From Candidatus Shapirobacteria bacterium (lineage in GTDB: Bacteria > Patescibacteriota > Microgenomatia > UBA12405 > BS750m-G30): a stretch of 64,000 bases of DNA. Below the pieces are notes generated by a model. That model was given only the letters and a program-made list of their open reading frames with translations. It made no database searches and was not told the origin of the DNA. A program made the translations under genes and the position numbers. Of the stretch, positions 47,476 to 56,222 are shown one piece after another (position 1 is the first letter of the stretch; each line of letters opens with the position of its first letter). The DNA lies in contig JBDRHA010000006.1 in the NCBI GenBank assembly GCA_043817235.1, forward strand, positions 78,401-142,400, written 5' to 3'.

Positions 47476-49581
47476 GTGTTTAAAAAAGAAAAAATAATTC
47501 TGAAATCTTCTCAAAATTTTCAAAAGGGAGTAATTCAGCTTCCGATTATTTTGGGCTTGGTTGTTTTGGCTGTTACTTTGCCCGCCGCGGTGCTTCTCAC
47601 CAGCCAGGTTCAAGAAACGAGACGGGGAGCTGCTGAGGGTACAATATTAGCAACCTGCCATGACCCTTGGGTTAGCGCATCGGAGGCAGTATCAGGCGGA
47701 GAAGTTATTTATAGGCCGAGCTATGATGGCTGGACTTCTAATTTAAGACTTTATTATGGAAATACGATGAATCGGGCAGAAATGACTAATAATCCCAATA
47801 ATTTACGCTGTGATGATCCGGCCAGTGGATGTAAAGTTAACGATGGTCGGTGTATTTGTACTGTAAATGGACAAAAAGGCAATACTTTATGGTTTTTTAA
47901 TAATATTAGCAAGGAAATTAATGGCACTCAGTATCTTTGCACCTGGGATGATCGCTGGATGAAATATGATCCCGAGCAGGGCTGGTTAATGGATATTGGC
48001 CCTGGGCCAAGCTATAGTTGTATTAATAACTGTGAAGTTTCCGTTCGGGTTACATCTTCAGACCAGGATGGGAGTACTTGTCTTGCTCATGGGGGAGCTT
48101 GTTCAGCCGCTAATTGTTCTGGAGGCATGACCGATATTGGCTCTCTAGATTGTCCAGCCGATGCTCCTTATCCAGTGCCTTATACGCCACATTGCTGTGT
48201 ACCCAAAGTACAACCAGATGGGAGTGAGTGTGCAGCCCAGGGAGGTTCTTGTTCGGCTACGGCTTGTCCTGCTGGCTTGGCTGATCTTGGCTCCTTGGAT
48301 TGTTCAGCCGATAACTATCCAGTTCCTGTTGATCCTCATTGCTGTTTGGCTAGTGTTGCCAATACTCCTGTTCCCATAGAGCCTACCCCTACTTCTAGCA
48401 TCGGTGCTTGTACCCAGCCTTCGGCGATCGGGACGAGCGGGCCGAGGGGCTGTGTTGGTCCGACTAATACTTTTACAATAACCGACACGGGCATTGACTG
48501 CTATCCTCACGGTGCCCAGATTTTAATTTACGAGCAAGAAGATGTGGGCAGTGATGGCGAAGTAATTGCTGGCGCCCAAAACTATGGTAATGATATTTTT
48601 GCCTGGGGTGCTTTTCAAAAAGCAGGGGATAAGTATTCCGTCGAAAAAACTTTAGCAGAAGACTTGTATTATTGGCGCGGCTGGTCACGGCTTTCTCCTG
48701 ATCTTTATCCGGATTCCGGCGGAATACGCAGTGTAAAGCTTAATTGGCGTCCTTTTGAAGTTGATGCTGCTGGCCCCGAAGCGCCGGTAATTGAATCAAT
48801 CACTTGCAGCCCGGATTCCATTCGTTTGCAATGGGAATCCCGGGAAGTTGATCAGGGCTGCGCCGGAATTCCCGAAGGACTTAACTATGGAGCTTACGAT
48901 TATCAGTTTAGCCGGACTCCGAATTTTACGCTTCAAGATCGGCTGGAAAGCGGTAGCCATTGGACTGACAATAATTCCGGCCAAATAACAGGCGCTTTTA
49001 GCGGTACAGTTTATGCTCGGGTGAAAGTTCGGGATAAGGTGTGGAATACTTCTTCCTGGAGCCGAACTTCTTGCGAGATTGCTCCGCCCGAGGCGCAAGA
49101 ATGTCTTGTTAGCGGGTTAACTATTAATAATAGCTTCCCAAATCAGTTAGTTTTGTCTTGGAGCACTGTTAATCCCGAAGAAGCCGATCAAATTAGCATT
49201 GAGCGGGGAGAGCAGCTTGTTGCTTCTCTTGAAACCGCAGAAACATCTTGGCATGATACCGGGGTAATTTGCGGAAACACTTATGAATACCGAGTTTCGT
49301 GCTTAAAGACTCAAGCCGGAGGAGAAAATTTATTTTACAATTCCTCAAATATTGTTTCTGCTCAAGTTCAGCCTTGCGCGCCCGAATGCCCGATTGGGGA
49401 TTTAGATGATGATTGCGATGTAGATTTAGCGGATATTGGAAAGTTAGTTTTGCAGTGGTCGGGCGGAAGCGATTCCTCCGGCCCTGTTTCGGGTAAGTGG
49501 GCGGATCTAAGTGGCGATTCTAAAGTTAATGAAATTGATCTGGCGATTTTGCTAAGATCTTGGACAGGTTCGCGAAACTAG
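47476..49581 (+). CDS. Anchored/secreted multi-domain protein: N-terminal signal-anchor, 'QETRRGAA' motif, two Cys-rich about 45-aa modules, two FN3-like domains, C-terminal dockerin-like Ca-binding repeats
   Basis: Cys module 'DGSTCLAHGGACSAANCSGGMTDIGSLDCPADAPYPVPYTPHCCV' repeated twice. Dockerin-like 'DLSGDSKVNEIDLAILLRSW' and 'DLDDDCDVDLADIGKLV'. Confidence 0.6.
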   Translation: MFKKEKIILKSSQNFQKGVIQLPIILGLVVLAVTLPAAVLLTSQVQETRRGAAEGTILATCHDPWVSASEAVSGGEVIYRPSYDGWTSNLRLYYGNTMNRAEMTNNPNNLRCDDPASGCKVNDGRCICTVNGQKGNTLWFFNNISKEINGTQYLCTWDDRWMKYDPEQGWLMDIGPGPSYSCINNCEVSVRVTSSDQDGSTCLAHGGACSAANCSGGMTDIGSLDCPADAPYPVPYTPHCCVPKVQPDGSECAAQGGSCSATACPAGLADLGSLDCSADNYPVPVDPHCCLASVANTPVPIEPTPTSSIGACTQPSAIGTSGPRGCVGPTNTFTITDTGIDCYPHGAQILIYEQEDVGSDGEVIAGAQNYGNDIFAWGAFQKAGDKYSVEKTLAEDLYYWRGWSRLSPDLYPDSGGIRSVKLNWRPFEVDAAGPEAPVIESITCSPDSIRLQWESREVDQGCAGIPEGLNYGAYDYQFSRTPNFTLQDRLESGSHWTDNNSGQITGAFSGTVYARVKVRDKVWNTSSWSRTSCEIAPPEAQECLVSGLTINNSFPNQLVLSWSTVNPEEADQISIERGEQLVASLETAETSWHDTGVICGNTYEYRVSCLKTQAGGENLFYNSSNIVSAQVQPCAPECPIGDLDDDCDVDLADIGKLVLQWSGGSDSSGPVSGKWADLSGDSKVNEIDLAILLRSWTGSRN

Positions 49582-49588
49582 CATTAAG

Positions 49589-51241
49589 ATGAAAAAGGAA
49601 AACAAAAACATTCTGATTCTTTTAGGATTGCTTATTGCTCTGCCAGTAGTGGTTTGGGTGATTAATCAAGCGACAAATCTTCGCCAAAGAGCCACCGGAA
49701 CAAGAAAGTTAGCCGAAGTATATCTTCGGGATACCTCTTCAAATCCCAGCGCTTTGCGCGAGTCAGGAGACGTGGTTCCTTTTGAGATAAGGATAAAGCC
49801 AGATTCTTCTTTTAGCTTGATTACGGCCGGGGTGGAAATTGATTATCCGGAAAACATTATAGAGGTGTCTGGTCTTGGCTGTGCCGAAACTTTAAGCAGG
49901 GAAGTTGTTAATGAAATAGATGATGGCCTCTTAAAAATTTCTTGCTATTATCAGAATAGCAATCAAAGTATTCCTTTTAGCGGAGGTGAAGATTTTGTTT
50001 TGGCTCGCTTTAATGCTACGGTTAAAGAGGCTGCTGAAGTAAGCCAGCTGGCTTCGGTAACCTTTAACGTCAGCCGAACCAATATTCCGGACATTTCCCA
50101 AGAGGTTATTGATGATGTAGCCAGTGATGGCATACCTTATGATCTTCCCTTGGCTTATGCCCCAACCCCGCAAGAATTAGTTTGCGACTTGCGCTGTGAG
50201 GATGGGACTCAAGCTTGTCCCTCTAGAGTTCAAGAGGGCAGAATATTAAGTTTTTATGCAAATATCTCGGGAGCCGGAAGTGAGATAGACCCCTACAGGT
50301 GGATGTCACAGTATGAGGAAAATGATCCGGTCTTGTTAGCCGATGAGGGCGCGACCACTGATTGTGCGAATGACGGTCTTTGCCAGGTTACTCAAGATTG
50401 GCCAGCTCCTCAAGGAGCAGCCGGCTCTTATTTGATTAGCTTTAGTTTTCAAATTGGCAGTGAACAGTCTGGCTGCCAGCACATTGTTGAGGTAGAAGAT
50501 CAAGACGGCAGTGAATGCCAAAGCAGAGATGGAACATGCTCAGCCGCTAGTTGTTCCGAAGGTACGACAAATATTGGTTCTTTAGACTGTCCAACAGATG
50601 CTCCTTATCCTGTTCCTTATACGCCTCATTGCTGTGTTGAAGATGAAGATCCAAATATTCCAGATCAAGACGGTAGCCTTTGTTTAGAAAGCGGCGGCAC
50701 TTGTTCGGCTACTTCTTGCGATTCTGGATTCATCAATGCAGGAGCGATGGATTGTCCGGAAAGCGAAAACGATACCCCTGAAGGACCTTACTGCTGTGTG
50801 CCGCAAGGACAACCAACGCCCACGCCTACCCCCGGAGAATGCTTAGCTGTATGCGAAGCTCGGGGTTGTGTTGGTCGGACTTGCCGGGAGGAGGGTTGCT
50901 TCCCCTTAGAGGTTGATGCTGACAATGGAGTCTGTAGTCTAGATCGGAGCTGTTGCTGTTTTAATTGTCCGCCGGAAGCACCCACTGCTACCCCCACCCC
51001 GGATGATAATTTGCCCACTGTTCCGGTTTCTGAGTGCGTCTGCACCAACGACGAAGCCGGGTTACTGCGGGCTCAAGGGGACGCCAATTGTAATGGCCAG
51101 ACGGATCTAATTGACTACAGCATTTGGTTTGATATATTTATTAGAGGAGGAGCTGCTTACGGAGAAAAAGGAGACTTAAATTGCCAAAACGGGGTGACTA
51201 TAGATGATTATGAAATTTGGCGGTCCCATTTTGATTTTTAA
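49589..51241 (+). CDS. Cohesin-like domain protein with the same Cys-rich modules and C-terminal dockerin-like repeats
   Basis: Cohesin-like beta domain 'GDVVPFEIRIKP...VEIDYPENIIEV...FNATVKEAAEV'. Two Cys modules about 80% identical to those of the upstream gene. 'GDANCNGQTDLIDYSIW...GDLNCQNGVTIDDYEIW'. Confidence 0.6.
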   Translation: MKKENKNILILLGLLIALPVVVWVINQATNLRQRATGTRKLAEVYLRDTSSNPSALRESGDVVPFEIRIKPDSSFSLITAGVEIDYPENIIEVSGLGCAETLSREVVNEIDDGLLKISCYYQNSNQSIPFSGGEDFVLARFNATVKEAAEVSQLASVTFNVSRTNIPDISQEVIDDVASDGIPYDLPLAYAPTPQELVCDLRCEDGTQACPSRVQEGRILSFYANISGAGSEIDPYRWMSQYEENDPVLLADEGATTDCANDGLCQVTQDWPAPQGAAGSYLISFSFQIGSEQSGCQHIVEVEDQDGSECQSRDGTCSAASCSEGTTNIGSLDCPTDAPYPVPYTPHCCVEDEDPNIPDQDGSLCLESGGTCSATSCDSGFINAGAMDCPESENDTPEGPYCCVPQGQPTPTPTPGECLAVCEARGCVGRTCREEGCFPLEVDADNGVCSLDRSCCCFNCPPEAPTATPTPDDNLPTVPVSECVCTNDEAGLLRAQGDANCNGQTDLIDYSIWFDIFIRGGAAYGEKGDLNCQNGVTIDDYEIWRSHFDF

Positions 51242-51254
51242 GAATTAAAAAGAC

Positions 51255-53207
51255 ATGAAAATGAAGGAAAATTCTAAAATAATTATTTTAAGCTTATTAA
51301 TTATTTCTTTAGCCGTAGCTGTAAGTTTGGTTCAAAAAATTCAAGAAACTCGGCGAGGAGCGGCTGGCGAAGGATTGGCTGTTGCTATTTTGCCCTCTTC
51401 CGAAAATTTGGAAACTGGAGACAAAATTATTACTTATCTAGATGTTGCCCAGCCGGAAGGAAAGTATATTTCCACTTTTGCCTTGAAAATTAACTATGAT
51501 AAGCAAAAACTAAAACTTTTGACCAGCAGTTCCGGCCAAGCGGCAGGAAGCGATAATATATTGCTAAGCGCTTTTAGCGCTAGTGCCCAAGGTCAAATTT
51601 CAATTATTGGAGGAACAAATAGTTTAATTTCAGGGAGTACTCGAGTAATAAAGCTTGAGTTTGAAGCTTTAGCTTCTGGAGAAGCTACTGTTAGTCTGAA
51701 TACTTCAGGAAGCTATATAACAGCTTGCGGAGTCTCTGATAATAGTTGCGCGCCTAATTCCGAAATAACAATTACCGATTTTTTCGCTCCCTCGGCAACT
51801 TATAAAATTGGGGAAATAGGCGGGGAAAGACCAGAAATATCTTTATATTTGTCTCCTTCTTCGAGCGAAAAAAAAATCAACGAGCAGTTTCCCGTCATTA
51901 TTCGAGCAAATAGCGGCAATCATAAGATCAGTGGTGTGGAGCTTGTCTTCACTTATAACCCAACTCTTTTAGAAGTGGTGAGCATTGATCTTCCGGTGGG
52001 TTCTGATCAGCCTTTTGACTCTGCTTTAACTAAAGAGATTAATAATGGCCAGGTAAGAATAGTGGCTACGGCTTCCCGGACTGACAATAGCTTATTAGCG
52101 AGCGGCAGTTTTGATATTGCTACTTTAAACATAAAAGGCAAGCAATTAGGTTCGGCTAATTTTAGCCTGCAAGCAGCAGATTTTAGCGGAGTGAGTGTCG
52201 CGGGAAATAATTTGGATAATGAAATAGTTCTTCCTGTTTCTTTAGCAGGAGAGTATAGCATTGTGCAAGAGCCGACTTCTTCCTGCAGTGACTCTGACGG
52301 CGGCTATGCGCCTTTTGTTTCGGGAACGGTAACTACTGATGAAGGAATTTTTTCTGATTATTGCCAAAATAGCGAAGCCTTGGTGGAATATTATTGTTAC
52401 GGCAGTCCGGCTCAGGCCGAGTCTGATACTGAGAATTGTTCTGAAGCCTATAGCGGTGGACTTGGAGCTTGCTCCAACGGAGCCTGTGTAGAGCTTAGCC
52501 CAACTGTAACACCAACTTTGCCGGAGAGCTGTACGGTTGAAGGAGAGACTGGATATTGCGAGGAGATTAATAATTCTTGCGAGCAGGGCACAGCTGGCCG
52601 CACCGGAGAGAATATTTGTTTAGGAAGAGGAAAGTGCTGCATAGAGCAAGAGGCAAATACTCCTATTAGTATAGGTTTAAAGGTTAAATTCGACGGAGTG
52701 AATCATCAAATTCCTGACCAAAAAATACTGCTGACCGTAAAAAAAGCAGGCATCGGCAATGAGCCCAGATATGTAGAAATGGAAAGCAACGAGAGCGGAA
52801 TTTTGTCCGGCCAGGTAAGCTTAACTGACGTAGCGCCTGGGGCAGGATACTATTTGATTATTAAAGGTCCTAAGCATGTAGCCGAGAGATTTTGTATTGA
52901 CGGCCAAGAGAGCCGCTGTTCATCGGGTCAGACTTTAACTTTAGGGCAGGAAAACGATTTTGATTTTAGCGGCTGGGCCCTTCCGGCGGGAGATATTGCT
53001 AATGGTCAGGGCCGGCTAATTCAGGACGGTATAGTTGATAGTGCTGATTTTAATGTGCTCCTAAATGCTCTTGCTAGCAAAGACCCTGATATCAGAGCCC
53101 AAGCCAATTTAAGCTATAATATTTATGAAGGCGAAGAAAATGTTACTACTAGGGATATTAATTTATATTTTGCTACTCTAAAAGTCCGTTATGACGATGA
53201 TTATTGA
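51255..53207 (+). CDS. Protein with two cohesin-like domains, a Cys-rich region and a C-terminal dockerin-like repeat. N-terminal anchor plus 'QETRRGAA' motif.
   Basis: 'VAILPSSENLETGDKIITYLDV...LKINYDKQKLKLL' and 'FPVIIRANSGNHKISGVELVFTYNPTLLEVVSID'. C-terminal 'GDIANGQGRLIQDGIVDSADFNVLLNAL'. Confidence 0.55.
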   Translation: MKMKENSKIIILSLLIISLAVAVSLVQKIQETRRGAAGEGLAVAILPSSENLETGDKIITYLDVAQPEGKYISTFALKINYDKQKLKLLTSSSGQAAGSDNILLSAFSASAQGQISIIGGTNSLISGSTRVIKLEFEALASGEATVSLNTSGSYITACGVSDNSCAPNSEITITDFFAPSATYKIGEIGGERPEISLYLSPSSSEKKINEQFPVIIRANSGNHKISGVELVFTYNPTLLEVVSIDLPVGSDQPFDSALTKEINNGQVRIVATASRTDNSLLASGSFDIATLNIKGKQLGSANFSLQAADFSGVSVAGNNLDNEIVLPVSLAGEYSIVQEPTSSCSDSDGGYAPFVSGTVTTDEGIFSDYCQNSEALVEYYCYGSPAQAESDTENCSEAYSGGLGACSNGACVELSPTVTPTLPESCTVEGETGYCEEINNSCEQGTAGRTGENICLGRGKCCIEQEANTPISIGLKVKFDGVNHQIPDQKILLTVKKAGIGNEPRYVEMESNESGILSGQVSLTDVAPGAGYYLIIKGPKHVAERFCIDGQESRCSSGQTLTLGQENDFDFSGWALPAGDIANGQGRLIQDGIVDSADFNVLLNALASKDPDIRAQANLSYNIYEGEENVTTRDINLYFATLKVRYDDDY

Positions 53208-53226
53208 TTTTTCTAGATGATAAAAA

Positions 53227-53850
53227 ATGAAAGATAAAAAAGATAAAACCACTTCTTCCATGGGCCTGATTGTTATTGCTTTATCGGTTTTTATTATTGC
53301 TGAGTCGATTTGGCTTGTGGGCAAATTGGAGGAAATAGGCCAAAATACCGGTTCTTCTTCCCGGGGGACGCCGGCGGGCGAACTGTCTAAGGTTAACCAA
53401 GAGGGAGCTCTTTTTACTTTGGCTGGGCCAGACCAAGTGGGGCAGGGCGAGCTATTTACGGTTACGGCTTTGCTGACGACTCAAGAAGATGTGCTTACTC
53501 ATGGCTTGGATGTTGTTTTGAATTACGATCCAAAGATGTTGGAAGTAATTGGCCTGGCTAAGCTTGACTCTGATTCTCCTTTGGGAACTATTGGCTTAAA
53601 TGTAGCTGAAGAGGACAAGGAAAGAGTTTTAGTTAGCCTGCTGGAAGTAGATAATCTTGAGGGAGTAATTTTGGCTTTCGGCCAAGAATATAAGCTTTTT
53701 TCTTTACAGCTTAGGGCGATAGCGAGCGGAAAGACAGCAATTAATTTAGAAACAGATCAAGAAAAAGCCCGAAAAACTCAAATATTAGATGCTAAACTGG
53801 ATAGATCTTTGCCTCTTGACAAAGAGGACCTAGAAGTGATTATCTTGTGA
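53227..53850 (+). CDS. Single cohesin-like domain protein with an N-terminal anchor
   Basis: 'LFTVTALLTTQEDVLTHGLDVVLNYDPKMLEVIGL'. Confidence 0.5.
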   Translation: MKDKKDKTTSSMGLIVIALSVFIIAESIWLVGKLEEIGQNTGSSSRGTPAGELSKVNQEGALFTLAGPDQVGQGELFTVTALLTTQEDVLTHGLDVVLNYDPKMLEVIGLAKLDSDSPLGTIGLNVAEEDKERVLVSLLEVDNLEGVILAFGQEYKLFSLQLRAIASGKTAINLETDQEKARKTQILDAKLDRSLPLDKEDLEVIIL

Positions 53851-53852
53851 CA

Positions 53853-54614
53853 ATGAAGTTGGGATTAAAAATATTTTCTGCTCTAATCTTTCTTTTCTTT
53901 TTGAGCCTAGCAAGGCCGGCTTGGGCTTTGGCCGGGCCTCGTTTTTATCTTGACCCTGCCAGCGGAAGCTATTCTGTGAGCGAAGATTTTACTGTTTCTG
54001 TAAAAATTGATCCTGCCGGAAATGATATTGTTTCCATTGATGCAATTTTGAATTTTGATGCAGACAAGCTAAAGGTAACCGATGTTCAGGCGGAAAGTTA
54101 TTTTGTTGGGCCACTTGGCAACCAGCAGGGTTTTAATTATATATTGGATAATGACGCAGGCGAGATACAGCTTTATTCTTTTATGAGGGAGACTAATTCA
54201 ACAATAAATACAGCGGGGGCGATTGCTAAGATTTATTTTGAAGCTAAAGAAGAGGGAACAGCAAGTGTTACTTTCGTTTGCTCGTCTAATATTGAGGGCG
54301 ATTCCAGCATCTGGACAGCAGAAGGTGAAGATTTAATTGATTGTGATTCGGTTGGTTCGGGAAGTTATACTATTAGCGACGGGGGAGATATGCCTGATCC
54401 TACTAATGCTCCTGTTCCTACGGCAACCAGCGCTCCGGTAGATGATGATACCCCCGTTCCAACCAGTACGCCGGCGGGTACCGGAGGAGAGAGCGCCACG
54501 AATACTCCCACAAGCGCTCAGCTGATGGACAGCGGGATAGTGGAGCCCTTAGTAGTGGCTGTATTTTTGGGCAGCGTATTTATTGCTTTAGGATTTTTGG
54601 GCTTAATTTGGTAA
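53853..54614 (+). CDS. Cohesin-like domain protein with a signal peptide, Pro/Thr-rich linker and C-terminal hydrophobic anchor
   Basis: Signal peptide 'FLFFLSLARPAWALA'. 'FTVSVKIDPAGNDIVSIDAILNFDADKLKVTDV'. C-terminal TM 'VVAVFLGSVFIALGFLGLIW'. Confidence 0.5.
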   Translation: MKLGLKIFSALIFLFFLSLARPAWALAGPRFYLDPASGSYSVSEDFTVSVKIDPAGNDIVSIDAILNFDADKLKVTDVQAESYFVGPLGNQQGFNYILDNDAGEIQLYSFMRETNSTINTAGAIAKIYFEAKEEGTASVTFVCSSNIEGDSSIWTAEGEDLIDCDSVGSGSYTISDGGDMPDPTNAPVPTATSAPVDDDTPVPTSTPAGTGGESATNTPTSAQLMDSGIVEPLVVAVFLGSVFIALGFLGLIW

Positions 54615-54615
54615 A

Positions 54616-55284
54616 ATGGAAGAGCAAGTGAATAATAATCAGCCTTTGGCGGCGGCACCAGTGGAAAGTCCTCCTGCTCAGCCTACTCAGCCGGAAGCAA
54701 AACCGAAGAAGAATTTAAAAACAATAATTATCGTTCTTTTGTTATTTGTGGCCGGAATTGCTTCAGTTTTGGGAATAAACAAGGTGAAAAATTATTTGGG
54801 CGGGGCAGCGGCTGATGAAGAGCCCAAGAATGTTCAAGCTACGGCATTGGATACTTCGGCAACAATATCCTGGCAAACAGATAAATCGGTTTTAGGAACA
54901 GTGGAATACGGCACTAACCAGGCCAGTATGCTTCTTAGGGCTCCGGAGTCTGCACCGAGTGCTACTCACCGGATTGCTTTGTCTCCTTTAAAATCAGATA
55001 CGGTTTATTATTATCGGATTAGAATTGGAGAAACGCTTTACGACAACAATGGTTTGCCTTTTTCTTTTCGCACCAAAGCGGCGGCGGCTGCTCCTACTAT
55101 TGCTCCGATAGTTAGCCCAACTGCCGCTCCCACTATAGCATCGGGAAGCTGTGAATTAATTCAGGTTTGTAATCAAACCGATTTTGAGGGGGAAATGGGT
55201 GGCACTGACTGTCAATATGATTTTGATGAAAATGGAATTGTCAACACTCGGGATTGGATTGAATGCCTTAAAATCAACCGCTAA
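54616..55284 (+). CDS. Membrane-anchored FN3-like domain protein with a C-terminal dockerin-like repeat
   Basis: FN3-like 'ATALDTSATISWQTDKSVLGTVEYG...YYYRIRI'. 'DFDENGIVNTRDWIECL'. Confidence 0.5.
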   Translation: MEEQVNNNQPLAAAPVESPPAQPTQPEAKPKKNLKTIIIVLLLFVAGIASVLGINKVKNYLGGAAADEEPKNVQATALDTSATISWQTDKSVLGTVEYGTNQASMLLRAPESAPSATHRIALSPLKSDTVYYYRIRIGETLYDNNGLPFSFRTKAAAAAPTIAPIVSPTAAPTIASGSCELIQVCNQTDFEGEMGGTDCQYDFDENGIVNTRDWIECLKINR

Positions 55285-55363
55285 GCCGAAACTCCTGGTT
55301 GTCAAATATATTTTTTCAGGGTAAACTTTGATGTGATTATAAAAAAGGAGGTGGATGTTTTGG

Positions 55364-55558
55364 ATGAGTATTACAGTAAACAAAAAAAAGGGAGAGAGCA
55401 AAGAAGAACTAATATCTCGTTTTCGCAAGCTATTTTTGGAGGCTGGCATTACCGACAAGATAAGAGAAAAAGCGGCTTATATCAGTCCTTCCCGCCGACG
55501 CTATGAAAAAAAGAAAGTTCAGGAATCTTTAAGAAGACGAGGGTCAAGTGAAAAATAA
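55364..55558 (+). CDS. rpsU: 30S ribosomal protein S21
   Basis: 'GESKEELISRFRKLFLEAGI...RRRYEKK' S21 signature. Confidence 0.8.
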   Translation: MSITVNKKKGESKEELISRFRKLFLEAGITDKIREKAAYISPSRRRYEKKKVQESLRRRGSSEK

Positions 55559-55859
55559 AAAAGAGATTGCCATTATAGTTCAGCTTAAAAAAGAAATTCA
55601 CCAGGCTATTTTAAGCCAGGAAAAAGAAAAAGCCGAATCTTTAAAATACTTACTTTCTCTTTTGGAAAAAGAATCTTTTCGCCAGGATAGTTTTAGCCAA
55701 GAAAAGGCGCTTCAGGTTTTAAATAGAGAAATGAAGAAAAAGAAAGAAGCTTTAGTCTTATTTGAAAAAGGAAGCAGAGAGGATTTAGCCAAAAAAGAAA
55801 AACAGGACATTGTTTGGCTAGAAAAACTCTTGCCTCTGGCCTTAGAAGAGCAGGGTTAA
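55548..55859 (+). CDS. GatB/YqeY-domain protein
   Basis: Typically encoded next to rpsU. Helical 'LLSLLEKE...DLAKKEKQDIVWLEKLLP'. Confidence 0.65.
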   Translation: MKNKKEIAIIVQLKKEIHQAILSQEKEKAESLKYLLSLLEKESFRQDSFSQEKALQVLNREMKKKKEALVLFEKGSREDLAKKEKQDIVWLEKLLPLALEEQG

Positions 55860-55865
55860 CAAAAA

Positions 55866-56222
55866 ATGCCCATAGAGGTTAAGAAGGACCCGCGTTATCG
55901 GGTAAAAAAATCTTTCCTTAAAAAAGCCTGCTTACGGATATTAAAAGACCTGAGTGTTCAGCCAGAAGTATCTGTTGGAGTGGCTTTGGTGGGTAAGCGT
56001 AAGGCCCAGAGCTTGAATCAAGAGTATCGGAAGCAAGATTATGTCCCCTTGGTTTTAAGCTTCCCTTATCGGCAAGATATGCCGGATAGTAATTATTTTT
56101 TGGGTGAAGTGCTAATCTGTTTTCCTTTGGCACGAGAAAAGGCAATAAGAGAAAATCAGACCATTGAAAAAGCCTTGGTAGAGTTATTGGATCATGGTTT
56201 GAAAAACTTAATATTAAAATGA
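55866..56222 (+). CDS. YbeY-like endoribonuclease lacking the complete HxxxHxxxxxH metal motif (ends 'LLDHGLKNLILK')
   Basis: Size, position (before dnaX) and the partial 'HGL..L' motif. Only the first His is retained. Confidence 0.45.
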   Translation: MPIEVKKDPRYRVKKSFLKKACLRILKDLSVQPEVSVGVALVGKRKAQSLNQEYRKQDYVPLVLSFPYRQDMPDSNYFLGEVLICFPLAREKAIRENQTIEKALVELLDHGLKNLILK

